A stretch of 30,552 nt of DNA from an uncultured Candidatus Saccharibacteria bacterium (GCA_964349965.1 CAYGIL010000001.1:1-30552), one strand, 5' to 3'; counted from the stretch's first letter, positions 17,678 to 26,640 are shown. The notes: generated by a model from the sequence alone, not told the origin. Made by a program: numbers and translations.

Positions 17678-18658
17678 CTATATGTAGTCGTACTGGAAAG
17701 AGTATCCTAGATCATGTAATGCCTTACCATAACCGGAAATATTTGGGGACTTGACAGGAGCCTTACCATAACATTCATCGCTTTTTTTCTGTGCATCCTC
17801 TAGTTTACCTCTGTATTTCTTAAATAGACTTTCTCTGTGTGAGACAAAATTCGTGAGTACGCTCTTGAATTCATCAGCATCCGTTCCTGCATAAGACCGT
17901 ACACCACGTGCATCTTTACTGCAATCCCGTAGATTTGCTAAAAATCCTTGCTTCTTTGAAGAGGAAAATGCAGTGAAGTGATTATATAAACTTTTATTAT
18001 GTGACAAAATATTTGTAAGTGTATTTGAAAGAGTGTGGCTTTTCATCATCTCCTTAGCAAATGATTCTTTCGCATTTGTATCTACCGCTACATAATATGC
18101 CGCAATAGAATCTACTACCACAAAACAGAGCGTATAGTCATGCTCCTTGTCTGCTTCCGAAGAAGCCAACGCAACGAGGTCTCCTGACTCTGACCAAGCA
18201 CCTGAAGAGATGCTTGGCAAATCACAGCTTCCAAAATTCCTGGATTCGGATCCAGCCCGTAAGGCTTGCAAGCGCCGAACATTAGTTTTATCACCGAGGG
18301 ACAGGGAAGCCGGATGTGTATGTATGAGTAAACCAGAATCTGCAGAACGAGGTATCGCTCCACCACCAAGCATAGAAGTAATGTTTATACTTGACTCTAT
18401 TCCCTTAACTTCGTATCCAAGTAAAAGACTATTACCTGAAATGGGTACAACCTTGGCATGTTCTTGATCTTCATGTATAACTGTACGTTTATATATATTC
18501 AATTGTTTTTTCCAGTCTGGGTTCTCACGTAAAGATTTTACAAGCTCAGTAAAATCTCTGACTCCCGGAATGGTTTCATTTTTCGGCAACGAATCTACTT
18601 TAGCGCCTACCGCTGCGATCGCACTTTTTTTAATAAATTCTCTTCTAGAAAAATCCAT
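17678..18658 (-). CDS. Hypothetical protein with twin-arginine-like N-terminus and an HxH motif
   Basis: SRREFIK at the N-terminus; LLIHTHP internal; starts 5 nt after the map stop. Confidence 0.6.
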   Translation of the reverse strand: MDFSRREFIKKSAIAAVGAKVDSLPKNETIPGVRDFTELVKSLRENPDWKKQLNIYKRTVIHEDQEHAKVVPISGNSLLLGYEVKGIESSINITSMLGGGAIPRSADSGLLIHTHPASLSLGDKTNVRRLQALRAGSESRNFGSCDLPSISSGAWSESGDLVALASSEADKEHDYTLCFVVVDSIAAYYVAVDTNAKESFAKEMMKSHTLSNTLTNILSHNKSLYNHFTAFSSSKKQGFLANLRDCSKDARGVRSYAGTDADEFKSVLTNFVSHRESLFKKYRGKLEDAQKKSDECYGKAPVKSPNISGYGKALHDLGYSFQYDYI

Positions 18659-18663
18659 GTATC

Positions 18664-19479
18664 TTAAAATTTAGTCAAAATCTCAGGTTCACCGTTAGTG
18701 ATAAGAATCGTATGTTCAAAGTGCGCACTGCGTCTGCCATCTGCTGTGCGGAAAGTATAGTCGTCATCATCGAGAGTGACGTTTTTCGTGCCGTGATTAA
18801 GCATCGGCTCAATCGCGATCACCATCCCGGGCTTAAGTAGTGAGCCCGTATTTGCTTTACCAAAGTTGGGGATAAAAGGATCTTCGTGAATCTTTTTTCC
18901 CACTCCGTGCCCGGCCAGTACTTCTACTATTCCGTACTTCGGCCCCCCGCCCGCATCGCCTTGCGAAGCATGGCGGGCAGGCTTTTGATTGCGAACAAAT
19001 TGTTCGATCGCGTATCCTATGTCTCCCGTTTTATTGCCACCTTGCGCGGCGTCGATGCCGACATGCAGTGCTTCCTCTGTCGCCTTCATAAGTTTTAAAT
19101 CACTTTCTGTAACAGTTCCAACTGGTACAGTCATAGCCATATCAGTAAAAAGTCCTTTGTGCTTTACCCCGAGATCGATCGACACGATATCCCCATCTTT
19201 CAAAACTCTATCCTCCTTTGGAATCCCGTGTACCACTTCGTCATTCACCGAAACGCAAAGTGTTGCCGGAAACGGAGTACGTGCGCCTTCTGGAGTATAG
19301 TTCAAAAACGCAGGCTCATCGCCCATCTCACGGATAAGTTTTTCGGCGTACTTGTCGAGCTCGTACGTTGATACTCCAGGCGCTACCATATCGCGCACCT
19401 TGTAGAGCACAGTCGCGAGCCGTTTGCCGCACTCACGTAGTATTTCTATTTCTTCAGGAGTTTTAATAATTATTGCCAT
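18664..19479 (-). CDS. map: Type I methionine aminopeptidase
   Basis: CVSVNDEVVHGIP, VSIDLG, TDMA, GHGVG...HEDP, AIEPM, SAHFEHTI; start taken at MAIIIK. Confidence 0.97.
   Translation of the reverse strand: MAIIIKTPEEIEILRECGKRLATVLYKVRDMVAPGVSTYELDKYAEKLIREMGDEPAFLNYTPEGARTPFPATLCVSVNDEVVHGIPKEDRVLKDGDIVSIDLGVKHKGLFTDMAMTVPVGTVTESDLKLMKATEEALHVGIDAAQGGNKTGDIGYAIEQFVRNQKPARHASQGDAGGGPKYGIVEVLAGHGVGKKIHEDPFIPNFGKANTGSLLKPGMVIAIEPMLNHGTKNVTLDDDDYTFRTADGRRSAHFEHTILITNGEPEILTKF
18946..18981 (-). repeat. 36-nt palindromic element inserted in frame in map
   Basis: CCTGCCCGC-CATGCTTCGCAAGGCGAT-GCGGGCGGG encodes PARHASQGDAGG. Confidence 0.75.
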
Positions 19480-19489
19480 ACTAAAAATT

Positions 19490-20170
19490 CTAAGAAATAA
19501 TTGTGCCTTGAAATTTTTCACCACTTAGACACTTGGCGAGATTGTCGATTGGTTTGCCATTCATGATATTTACTTCGATACCCGCACTTTCTGCTTCCTT
19601 GGAAGCTACTGGGTCAAACGGAGAACTCAAACGAGATGTCCATTCGGCGGGTATGAGCGTACGATACTCTGCCCAAGAAATATTCTCAATTTTTTTCGCA
19701 TTTGGATTGATTCGCGGATCAGAATCATATACGTAGTCTGTATTAGATAAATTAATCATTTTCTTTGCACCTACTGTCTTTGCTGCTTCAACTGCGTCCC
19801 AGTCAGAACTTTTTCCTGGCTCATATGCAGAACCAACAACTATAGATTTTTCAAACGAAAAAGGATTTGAAAGATTCTCGACAACTTTCTGATTTGCATA
19901 TTCTGAAAACATAACTCGAATTAGCTCAGCATTTAACTTTAATGCGGCAATACCGATCCAATCCAAATCTACATGCGAGGGTTCGGCAAGATTTCGAGCC
20001 GCCTCGTTGTATTTCCGATTCGTCCCGCCTCCACCGGTGATGATCACAAACTTCTTGCCTTGTGCAACATGCGACAATATGAGTTCTTTAAATTCCTTCA
20101 AAAATCCAGTATCGATTTCTTCCGGTACGATGAGTGAACCCCCAAGTGAGATGATAATTGTTTCGTTCAT
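19490..20170 (-). CDS. pyrH: UMP kinase (archaeal type)
   Basis: ISLGGS, ITGGGG, DWIGI, PGKSSD, YVYDSDP, PFDPVA. Confidence 0.92.
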   Translation of the reverse strand: MNETIIISLGGSLIVPEEIDTGFLKEFKELILSHVAQGKKFVIITGGGGTNRKYNEAARNLAEPSHVDLDWIGIAALKLNAELIRVMFSEYANQKVVENLSNPFSFEKSIVVGSAYEPGKSSDWDAVEAAKTVGAKKMINLSNTDYVYDSDPRINPNAKKIENISWAEYRTLIPAEWTSRLSSPFDPVASKEAESAGIEVNIMNGKPIDNLAKCLSGEKFQGTIIS

Positions 20171-20758
20171 TTAAATTCCTAATGATTTTATAATATCTTT
20201 ATGCACGTCTTCGACTGACTGCTCGCCATGTATAGTGTATATTGTATACCCAGGTTTGTCTTTAAAATAATTCATAGCGGGAATAACGTTATCACGATAT
20301 TCAGCAAAACGCTTTGCGAGTCCGGCTTCTGTATCATCCTCACGTGCTCGGAGCAAGTTACGCTTCATCGCCTCTTCAGGAGAAAGTTCTATGTATATAA
20401 TTTTTATATTTTCTCTACCATGAGTTTGCATTATATTTGAAAAAATTTCTGCTTGGGCGACCGTACGAGGATACCCATCATAGATGACGTGTTTATCTCT
20501 AGAAAGCTTTTCTTCTGTTGCTTTAATCACGAGATCATTTGTCTCTTTATCAGGTATTAGAGTGCCTTGAAGCACTAGATCTTTTATAAATTGCGTAGCG
20601 GGATCATTGGAAGCAATGATGTTTCGAAAGATGTCTCCTGTTCCTATATACACGACTTCTTTCCCATCTTTATTTTTTAGATATTCAGTGAGCAACTTTA
20701 CCTGAGTTCCCTTGCCGGAACCTACAATACCAAAGAATACAAAAGTCTCACCTTTCAT
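20171..20758 (-). CDS. adk: Adenylate kinase (short LID)
   Basis: GIVGSGKGTQ, TGDIFR, DGYPRTVAQA, REDDT; canonical secY-adk-map context. Confidence 0.92.
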   Translation of the reverse strand: MKGETFVFFGIVGSGKGTQVKLLTEYLKNKDGKEVVYIGTGDIFRNIIASNDPATQFIKDLVLQGTLIPDKETNDLVIKATEEKLSRDKHVIYDGYPRTVAQAEIFSNIMQTHGRENIKIIYIELSPEEAMKRNLLRAREDDTEAGLAKRFAEYRDNVIPAMNYFKDKPGYTIYTIHGEQSVEDVHKDIIKSLGI

Positions 20759-20820
20759 GCTCTAATTATATCAAATTTAGCTTGAAAAATCAAGGATTTT
20801 GCGGTACAATGACCTCACAC

Positions 20821-21399
20821 ATGGAAAAGAAAGAGATTATAACAATATGCGGCAGACTCGGAAGCGGTAAATCAAGTACAGCAAAAGGCGTTGCCCAAGC
20901 ACTAGGCTTTACGCACTATTCTTCTGGAGATTTCTTTCGAGAAGTTGCGGTAGAGCTCGGCATCTCTGTGACTGAACTCAATATTCGCGCAGAAAAAGAA
21001 CCGGAAATAGATAAAAAAGTTGATTCAAAGTGGCAAGACATACGCAACAAATCAAAACTTGTCATAGACTCTCGTACAGCATATCATTGGATTCCGGAGT
21101 CTTTCAAAGTCTACCTCGATCTCCCTGAAGAAATCGCTAAACAAAGAATCGTAAACAGCATCAAAGAGAACCCTCTTCGTGCACAAAGTGAACAGGTCTC
21201 CACACCCGAAGAAGCATATGAGAAAATGCAGGAACGTTTTGCGAGTGAGCAAAAGCGCTACTGGGAATTGTACAAGATCAACAATGCCGACAAAAGCAAC
21301 TACGATCTCGTGATCGACACAAACAAAAACAACCTCGAGGAAGTTGTTAATCTAATTATTTCCGAATACAAGAAGTGGAAAGAAACTAAAGAGAATTAG
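20821..21399 (+). CDS. cmk: Cytidylate kinase (archaeal type / AAA family)
   Basis: ITICGRLGSGKSS, SSGDFFRE, EIDKKVD, IDSR, R.ASE.KRY..LY, YDLVIDT. Confidence 0.85.
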   Translation: MEKKEIITICGRLGSGKSSTAKGVAQALGFTHYSSGDFFREVAVELGISVTELNIRAEKEPEIDKKVDSKWQDIRNKSKLVIDSRTAYHWIPESFKVYLDLPEEIAKQRIVNSIKENPLRAQSEQVSTPEEAYEKMQERFASEQKRYWELYKINNADKSNYDLVIDTNKNNLEEVVNLIISEYKKWKETKEN

Positions 21400-22667
21400 T
21401 ATTCCCGCATTGAAACCTGCGCGTCTACTTTCTTCATGAGGTCTAGCACAACGGATACTACGATGAGGATCGAAGTTCCACCGAGCGCGAGTGTGCTGAT
21501 GCCAGTTGCACGTTGCATGATAAGAGGAAGTACGGCTATAAACCCGAGGAATACTGCGCCGAGAAGTGTGATCCGTGTTAATACTTTTGAGATATAGTCT
21601 GAAGTCGAAACTCCTGGACGAATACCCGGAATGAAAGCGCCGTTTTTCTGAAGGTTAGTCGAAAGTGCTTCAGGATCAAAAGTAACTGCAGTATAGAAAT
21701 AAGTAAAGAGAAATACTAGTACGAAGTAAAATACTGCGTAAATTATCGAAGTCGGATTAAATGAATTCAAGAATCCTGCAACCTTTGCAAGTATTGGATT
21801 ATCAAATCTCCCTAGCACTGTACCGATCATTTGTGGGAACGAGAGGATCGCTAGACCGAAGATGATCGGTATCACGCCGGCCTGATTCACACGAAGCGGA
21901 AGATACGTAGAACCACCGCCATACATCTTCATCCCCCGAACCTGTTTCGCATAGGTCACAGGAATTGGACGTTCTGCTTCAGAAACAAGGACGATAGCTG
22001 CTATTACGATGACTCCTATCACTAAGAAAGCTAAGTACATCGGTATCTGACTAGGTTCAAAAGTGAAAATTAGATCAGATACACTCGAAGGAAGACTCGC
22101 GACGATACCTGCAAAGATGATCATCGACATACCGTTTCCGATGCCGAATTCTGACATGAGCTCCCCGATCCACATGATAAGCACAGCACCTCCTATCACC
22201 ATAAAGAGGTTGGTCATACGGTCAAAAGCTGTAAGGTTCACCAAGATGCCCTGAGTCTCTAAGATAGACAAGAGCGCAAAACCCTGTATCGCAGCAAGAG
22301 GCACAGTAAGCATACGAGAATATTGTGTAAATCTCTTCCTTCCTGCTTCACCTTCTTCATGATACATACGCTTTAGCGCAGGTACCATTATAGTGAGAAG
22401 CTGCATGATGATAGAGCCGGTAATATACGGGCCAACACCAAGCATCACGATCGAGAGATTTGAAAGTCCGCCTCCAGAGAAGATGTTTAGGATTCCGAAA
22501 AATTGATTGTTCGAGAGGAACCTATCGAGTGCAAAGGTATCGATACCCGGGATCGGAATTGTAGAAAGCAACCTAAAGACGATCAGTGAACCAAGCACGA
22601 ATAAGACTTTCTTACGAAGCCCCCTGTCCACCCAAACCAATTTTAATTTATGTAAAAAGTTTTGCAT
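21396..22667 (-). CDS. secY: Preprotein translocase subunit SecY
   Basis: LGVGPYITGSIIMQLL, GIGNGMS, LRVNQAGVIPIIF, FIPGIRPG, GGTSILIVV. Confidence 0.98.
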   Translation of the reverse strand: MQNFLHKLKLVWVDRGLRKKVLFVLGSLIVFRLLSTIPIPGIDTFALDRFLSNNQFFGILNIFSGGGLSNLSIVMLGVGPYITGSIIMQLLTIMVPALKRMYHEEGEAGRKRFTQYSRMLTVPLAAIQGFALLSILETQGILVNLTAFDRMTNLFMVIGGAVLIMWIGELMSEFGIGNGMSMIIFAGIVASLPSSVSDLIFTFEPSQIPMYLAFLVIGVIVIAAIVLVSEAERPIPVTYAKQVRGMKMYGGGSTYLPLRVNQAGVIPIIFGLAILSFPQMIGTVLGRFDNPILAKVAGFLNSFNPTSIIYAVFYFVLVFLFTYFYTAVTFDPEALSTNLQKNGAFIPGIRPGVSTSDYISKVLTRITLLGAVFLGFIAVLPLIMQRATGISTLALGGTSILIVVSVVLDLMKKVDAQVSMREY

Positions 22668-22673
22668 TTTTGG

Positions 22674-22982
22674 CTACTTGATGCGTATCTTCTTGCCCTT
22701 GATGCCGAGACGCTTGCGGAGCACTGAGAATGTCTCTAGCTTACCCCCTGTACTTGCCTTCTCTATGGAGATCATGAGAGGCTTGCCGATCCTTGCAGCA
22801 TTGTACCCGCGATTCTTTGGCAACTTCTTTATGATATCACGAAGTTCAGGACGACGCTTGTTACCAGCACGAGCAGTCTGCCCCTTACCGCCACGTCCGG
22901 AAGTCTTGGCATGTTTGCCTCCACGACCGACGAGTCTATCCTTTTTATTCTTATGTGTTCTTTTTAATTCGTGTATTTGCAT
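22674..22982 (-). CDS. rplO: 50S ribosomal protein L15 (short)
   Basis: RLVGRGG...KTSGRGGKGQTARAG, KLPKNRG. Confidence 0.92.
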   Translation of the reverse strand: MQIHELKRTHKNKKDRLVGRGGKHAKTSGRGGKGQTARAGNKRRPELRDIIKKLPKNRGYNAARIGKPLMISIEKASTGGKLETFSVLRKRLGIKGKKIRIK

Positions 22983-22986
22983 ATGT

Positions 22987-23583
22987 TTATTGAGCTATGG
23001 CTGCTTCTCCTATCTCTACAGGCGAGTCTTTCTTCTCTAGAGACTTTGAGTATTTCTTAGAAATTGCATCAAATGCTTTCATGACTGCCTTTGTGTTGTT
23101 CAATTTGTTCTTACTGTTTGAAAGGATCTTACCAGTTATGTCTTTGATACCTGCAAGCTTTGCTATATCCCGAAGCACTGATCCCGCCACGAGTCCGCGT
23201 CCGGAGTTTGGATATATCACAACTGAACAACTCGAATACTTTGCAGAAAGTTCGTGTGGCACAGACATAGTCTTTGTAAGTTTCAAAGTGACCATGTTTT
23301 TCTTTGCGTTTCGAAGTGCTTTGTTGATCGCAAGCGCAGTATCCCCCGCCTTGCCGAGGCCAAAACCAACTGAACCTTTTCTATCTCCTGCAACAAGCGC
23401 AACACTGAATGAGAATCTTCGTCCACCCGCAACCACGCGAGTTACTCGTCGAATAGTCAAAATCTTCTGATCAAATTCAGGCTTTGGTCTCGCAAAAGAA
23501 GATCCGCGTCGGCTACCACCTCTTCGGTCTCCCCCTCCTCTTTGATTTGTTTGTTCTGTTGTTTTTGGTTTTTGAGTATCCAT
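22987..23583 (-). CDS. rpsE: 30S ribosomal protein S5
   Basis: IRRVTRVVAGGRRFSF, VGFGLGKA, GLVAGS. Confidence 0.96.
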   Translation of the reverse strand: MDTQKPKTTEQTNQRGGGDRRGGSRRGSSFARPKPEFDQKILTIRRVTRVVAGGRRFSFSVALVAGDRKGSVGFGLGKAGDTALAINKALRNAKKNMVTLKLTKTMSVPHELSAKYSSCSVVIYPNSGRGLVAGSVLRDIAKLAGIKDITGKILSNSKNKLNNTKAVMKAFDAISKKYSKSLEKKDSPVEIGEAAIAQ

Positions 23584-23589
23584 AAAATA

Positions 23590-23931
23590 TTAAAACTTTA
23601 GACCTGCCTTTCTCGCCTCATCTGCGACTATTTTAATACGTCCAGTGTATCTGAAACCATTGCGGTCAAATACCACAGTTGTAATTTTACTCTTTGTGCA
23701 AACATCCGCGATCATGCTCCCTACTTCCTTTGCTCTCTCAGTCTTAGTACCCTTTGTGATCTTTACGTCACTAGCTTGAGCCAAAGTCTTACCGGTCATG
23801 TCATTGATGACTTGCGCATAGATAAATTTGTTCGAACGGAAAACACTAAGCCGTGGTCTTGCTTCAGTACCGTGCATTTTTACTCGGATCTTCTTCTTCA
23901 ATCGTATTCTCTTGTCTTGTTTCTTTTGCAT
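23590..23931 (-). CDS. rplR: 50S ribosomal protein L18
   Basis: RPRLSVFRSNKFIYAQ, VVFDRNGFRYTGR, AREAG-like ARKAGLKF. Confidence 0.97.
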   Translation of the reverse strand: MQKKQDKRIRLKKKIRVKMHGTEARPRLSVFRSNKFIYAQVINDMTGKTLAQASDVKITKGTKTERAKEVGSMIADVCTKSKITTVVFDRNGFRYTGRIKIVADEARKAGLKF

Positions 23932-23957
23932 AAATTTATATTGAACCTACCGAAATA

Positions 23958-24488
23958 CTATACTGTCTTCTTACCCTGCTTGCGACGTACTACTTCGCCT
24001 TCGTAACGAAAACCTTTTCCCTTGTACGGCTCTGCCTTCTTACGCGCTCGAAGTGCTGCGGTGTAACTACCAACTAATTCTTTATCAATACCTGTGACAG
24101 TGATGTTGTTCTTTTCTGCTGTAACCGTAAGACCTTCTGGAATTGGGACGATAACTGGGTGTGAAAAACCGAGTGCAAATGTAATCTCTTTTCCCTTCAC
24201 ATCAGACTTGAATCCAACACCTTCGAGTATGAGCTTCTTCTGATATGGAGTTTCTACCCCCTGAAGCATGTTCTTGATATGTGAGGCATAAGTACCCCAA
24301 AGTGCCTTTGAAAATTTATCATTTCGCTTGATTTCGAGAGTGATCGTATCAGCTACGTTAATAGTGATATCATTTCGAAAAGTCTTGGTAAGTGTTCCCT
24401 TTGAACCAGTCACAGTAAAAAGACCGTGATCATAACTCACTTTGACTCCAGCCGGTATTTCAATGATTTGTTTACCTATACGTGACAT
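23958..24488 (-). CDS. rplF: 50S ribosomal protein L6
   Basis: MSRIGK, LGFSHP, GIDKELVG, EPYKGKG. Confidence 0.97.
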   Translation of the reverse strand: MSRIGKQIIEIPAGVKVSYDHGLFTVTGSKGTLTKTFRNDITINVADTITLEIKRNDKFSKALWGTYASHIKNMLQGVETPYQKKLILEGVGFKSDVKGKEITFALGFSHPVIVPIPEGLTVTAEKNNITVTGIDKELVGSYTAALRARKKAEPYKGKGFRYEGEVVRRKQGKKTV

Positions 24489-24496
24489 AAAATTAT

Positions 24497-24883
24497 TTAC
24501 CAAATCTGAAAGAGTGCTTCGCCGCCAACTTGCTCCTTTCGTGCATCTTTACCTCCTAAAATTCCCTTTGGTGTCGAAAGCACCAAGAGTCCTGTTCCGT
24601 TTCTGATCTTGTGAATATCTTTTACTCCGAAATACACACGTCGTGACTGCTTTGAAATGCGTTCTACTTGAGTAATGCGGGGCTTTTTGTTCACATATAC
24701 AAGCTTTACCTCTATATAAGGGTGATCATCTCGAGTTCGCTTTGCGATCTCAGATACATATCCTTCTCTCTTTAAACATTCGAGTATCGTGTACTTCATT
24801 TTAGAAGCTGGAAAGATAACAGACTCCTTGCCTGCAAGGTTCCCGTTCTTGATCATGATTAACATGTTTGAAATAGTATCCAT
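24497..24883 (-). CDS. rpsH: 30S ribosomal protein S8
   Basis: DTISNML..IKNG, LKREGYV, RISKQSRRVY, STPKG, VGGE. Confidence 0.96.
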   Translation of the reverse strand: MDTISNMLIMIKNGNLAGKESVIFPASKMKYTILECLKREGYVSEIAKRTRDDHPYIEVKLVYVNKKPRITQVERISKQSRRVYFGVKDIHKIRNGTGLLVLSTPKGILGGKDARKEQVGGEALFQIW

Positions 24884-24891
24884 AAAAGTAT

Positions 24892-25077
24892 TTACCAGCT
24901 AGACTTTCGAACTCCCGGAAGCATTCCTTCGTTTGCAAGCTCACGGAAGCAAATACGACAAAGTCCGAAGTCACGCATAAATGCGTTTCCTCGACCACAG
25001 CGAAAACATCGGTTCTTCGCCCGGGTAGAGAACTTTGGTTTCTTAAGCGCTCGCGCTTTAACTGACGTTTTTGCCAT
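24892..25077 (-). CDS. rpsZ: 30S ribosomal protein S14, type Z (zinc-binding)
   Basis: [15 protein letters not shown]...[10 protein letters not shown]...PGVRKSSW. Confidence 0.96.
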   Translation of the reverse strand: MAKTSVKARALKKPKFSTRAKNRCFRCGRGNAFMRDFGLCRICFRELANEGMLPGVRKSSW

Positions 25078-25256
25078 AAATAAAAATATCGTAAGATAGA
25101 CGATATCGTATATTTTTTCTTAAAACCCCTATATTTACAAGGCCTTAAGGAGAAATACAGATCAATCTACTTACTCGGATAGTATAGCAAATATTTTATA
25201 AAGAGTCAAATATAAAGGCCCGCGGACTTCCATCGCCAAAGCGACAGTCTGCGGCC

Positions 25257-25394
25257 CTACCTGGGTTGCGGCTGGAGACGATGCTTCGCCTCCAGCTCGT
25301 GCCGAGTGGCCATCCACTCAGTACGAGTTTTAAATTTGCACTTCGTACATCTGTACGTAATGCCAAAAAATATATCCCAAAACCAATCAAACAT
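25257..25394 (-). CDS. 45-aa microprotein with a C2H2 zinc-finger pattern
   Basis: GAGGGGAG lies 8 nt before ATG 25394; C-x2-C-x12-H-x5-H; hairpin after the stop. The track start at 25478 has no RBS. Confidence 0.65.
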   Translation of the reverse strand: MFDWFWDIFFGITYRCTKCKFKTRTEWMATRHELEAKHRLQPQPR

Positions 25395-25498
25395 TTTTCT
25401 AACTCCCCTCAAGCCGAAATAGCTTTCTTGGGGAATCCTCCAAAAATACCCTAATAAATAACTCTCTCTCTCTGTCAAACTTAAGAAAATAAAAAAAT

Positions 25499-25517
25499 AT
25501 CAAGGGTAGTCCTTGAT
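25499..25517 (-). terminator. Intrinsic terminator
   Basis: Minus strand ATCAAGG-ACTAC-CCTTGAT followed by a T-rich run. Confidence 0.65.
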
Positions 25518-25534
25518 GTTTTTTGGTAACATTT

Positions 25535-25786
25535 TTATTCAGTAGACAATTGAAGTCCAATTTTTTCAGCAAGTTGCTTTATCCAAATTTCGTGTCTGTT
25601 TAATTAAGTTTTTACAGCAGCATATTCTAATCCTAAATCACTAATTGATTTTGCAATAGAGTCATTTGAAATGATGAGACCTTGGACAAGCTCTTTCAAA
25701 TAACCTAAGTCAGTCTTGATCTCCTCGACATCTTTTTTAGATGCAAGAACGGTAGTAAGTTTGTTTATGTCTTGATCATTCAACAT
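25535..25786 (-). pseudogene. Small coiled-coil hypothetical with an internal in-frame TAA (25604-25606)
   Basis: Frame continues LNRHEIWIKQLAEKIGLQLSTE after the TAA, up to a stop just before the terminator; TTGACT-18-TACAAT promoter 6 nt before the ATG. Confidence 0.6.
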
Positions 25787-25865
25787 AGCTTAATTGTATC
25801 AAGAAAGCTTACTGCAAGTCAAAGAGTATTTTTGACCACAAAATGTGCTATTTTTACTTACTTTT

Positions 25866-26417
25866 TTATTCTTTCTTAAACGGCACACCGAGGAGTTCGA
25901 AGAATGCCATACCTTCTTTTTTACTTTTTGCTCCGGAGACGAGAGTGATCGAGAGGCCGAATACGTCACGGATGTCTTCGTCTGCTGTTTCCGGGAAGAT
26001 CGTGTGCTCTTTGATACCGATCGTTAGGTTGCCAATAGCATCTACTGCCTTTCGGTTCAAACCTCGGAAGTCCTTTGTTCGAGGAAGTGCGACGTTTAGA
26101 AGCTTTTCGAGGAATGCGTCCATACGCTTGCCTCGGAGAGTGACCATAATACCCACAGGGTCACCCTGACGGATCTTGAAAGACGCTATAGACTTCTTGG
26201 AGCCGCGCTTGCTTGGCTTCTGACCAGTGATCTTTGCGAGGCGATCAGAAACTACATCGTTTTTATTTTTATCTTTCTTCATCATAGTGCCGGTACCGAC
26301 GTTGATCACCACTTTTTGCATTCGTGGTGCAGCCATGACGTTTTTATAATGAAAGTCTCCTTTCATCTTTTCAAACGCCTGCGCTCCTTTTTCTTTTACT
26401 GTAAGATTTTTTGCCAT
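25866..26417 (-). CDS. rplE: 50S ribosomal protein L5
   Basis: KVVINVG, ITGQKP, SIASFKIRQG, VTLRG, LPRTKDFRG, IFPE. Confidence 0.97.
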   Translation of the reverse strand: MAKNLTVKEKGAQAFEKMKGDFHYKNVMAAPRMQKVVINVGTGTMMKKDKNKNDVVSDRLAKITGQKPSKRGSKKSIASFKIRQGDPVGIMVTLRGKRMDAFLEKLLNVALPRTKDFRGLNRKAVDAIGNLTIGIKEHTIFPETADEDIRDVFGLSITLVSGAKSKKEGMAFFELLGVPFKKE

Positions 26418-26421
26418 AAAA

Positions 26422-26640
26422 TTACTTGTTTAGCTTTACATTTGACGCATGGATCGGCATTTCGATCTCCTTGATGCTTCCTTTTTCATTGGTCTTGCGT
26501 GGACGCTGATGCCTCTTGATGATATTTAGTCCCTCTACGACGACTTTGTTGTCACGAGGAAATGCTCGGGTGATCTTACCTTTCTTACCCTTATCCTTAC
26601 CAGCGATGATTATTATATTGTCTCCTTTTTTTAACTTCAT
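26422..26640 (-). CDS. rplX: 50S ribosomal protein L24 (C-terminally short)
   Basis: KKGDNIIIIAGKDKGKKG, VVVEGLN, PIHASNV. Confidence 0.95.
   Translation of the reverse strand: MKLKKGDNIIIIAGKDKGKKGKITRAFPRDNKVVVEGLNIIKRHQRPRKTNEKGSIKEIEMPIHASNVKLNK

Noticed and set aside
22982-22987. Absence of rpmD (L30) between rpsE and rplO
   Set aside because: Real, but a well-known CPR trait; used only as taxonomic evidence.
22674-26640. Short L15 (102 aa) and L24 (72 aa) as pseudogenes
   Set aside because: Both end in clean stops abutting the next gene, and no frameshifted continuation was seen; reduced r-proteins are expected in CPR.
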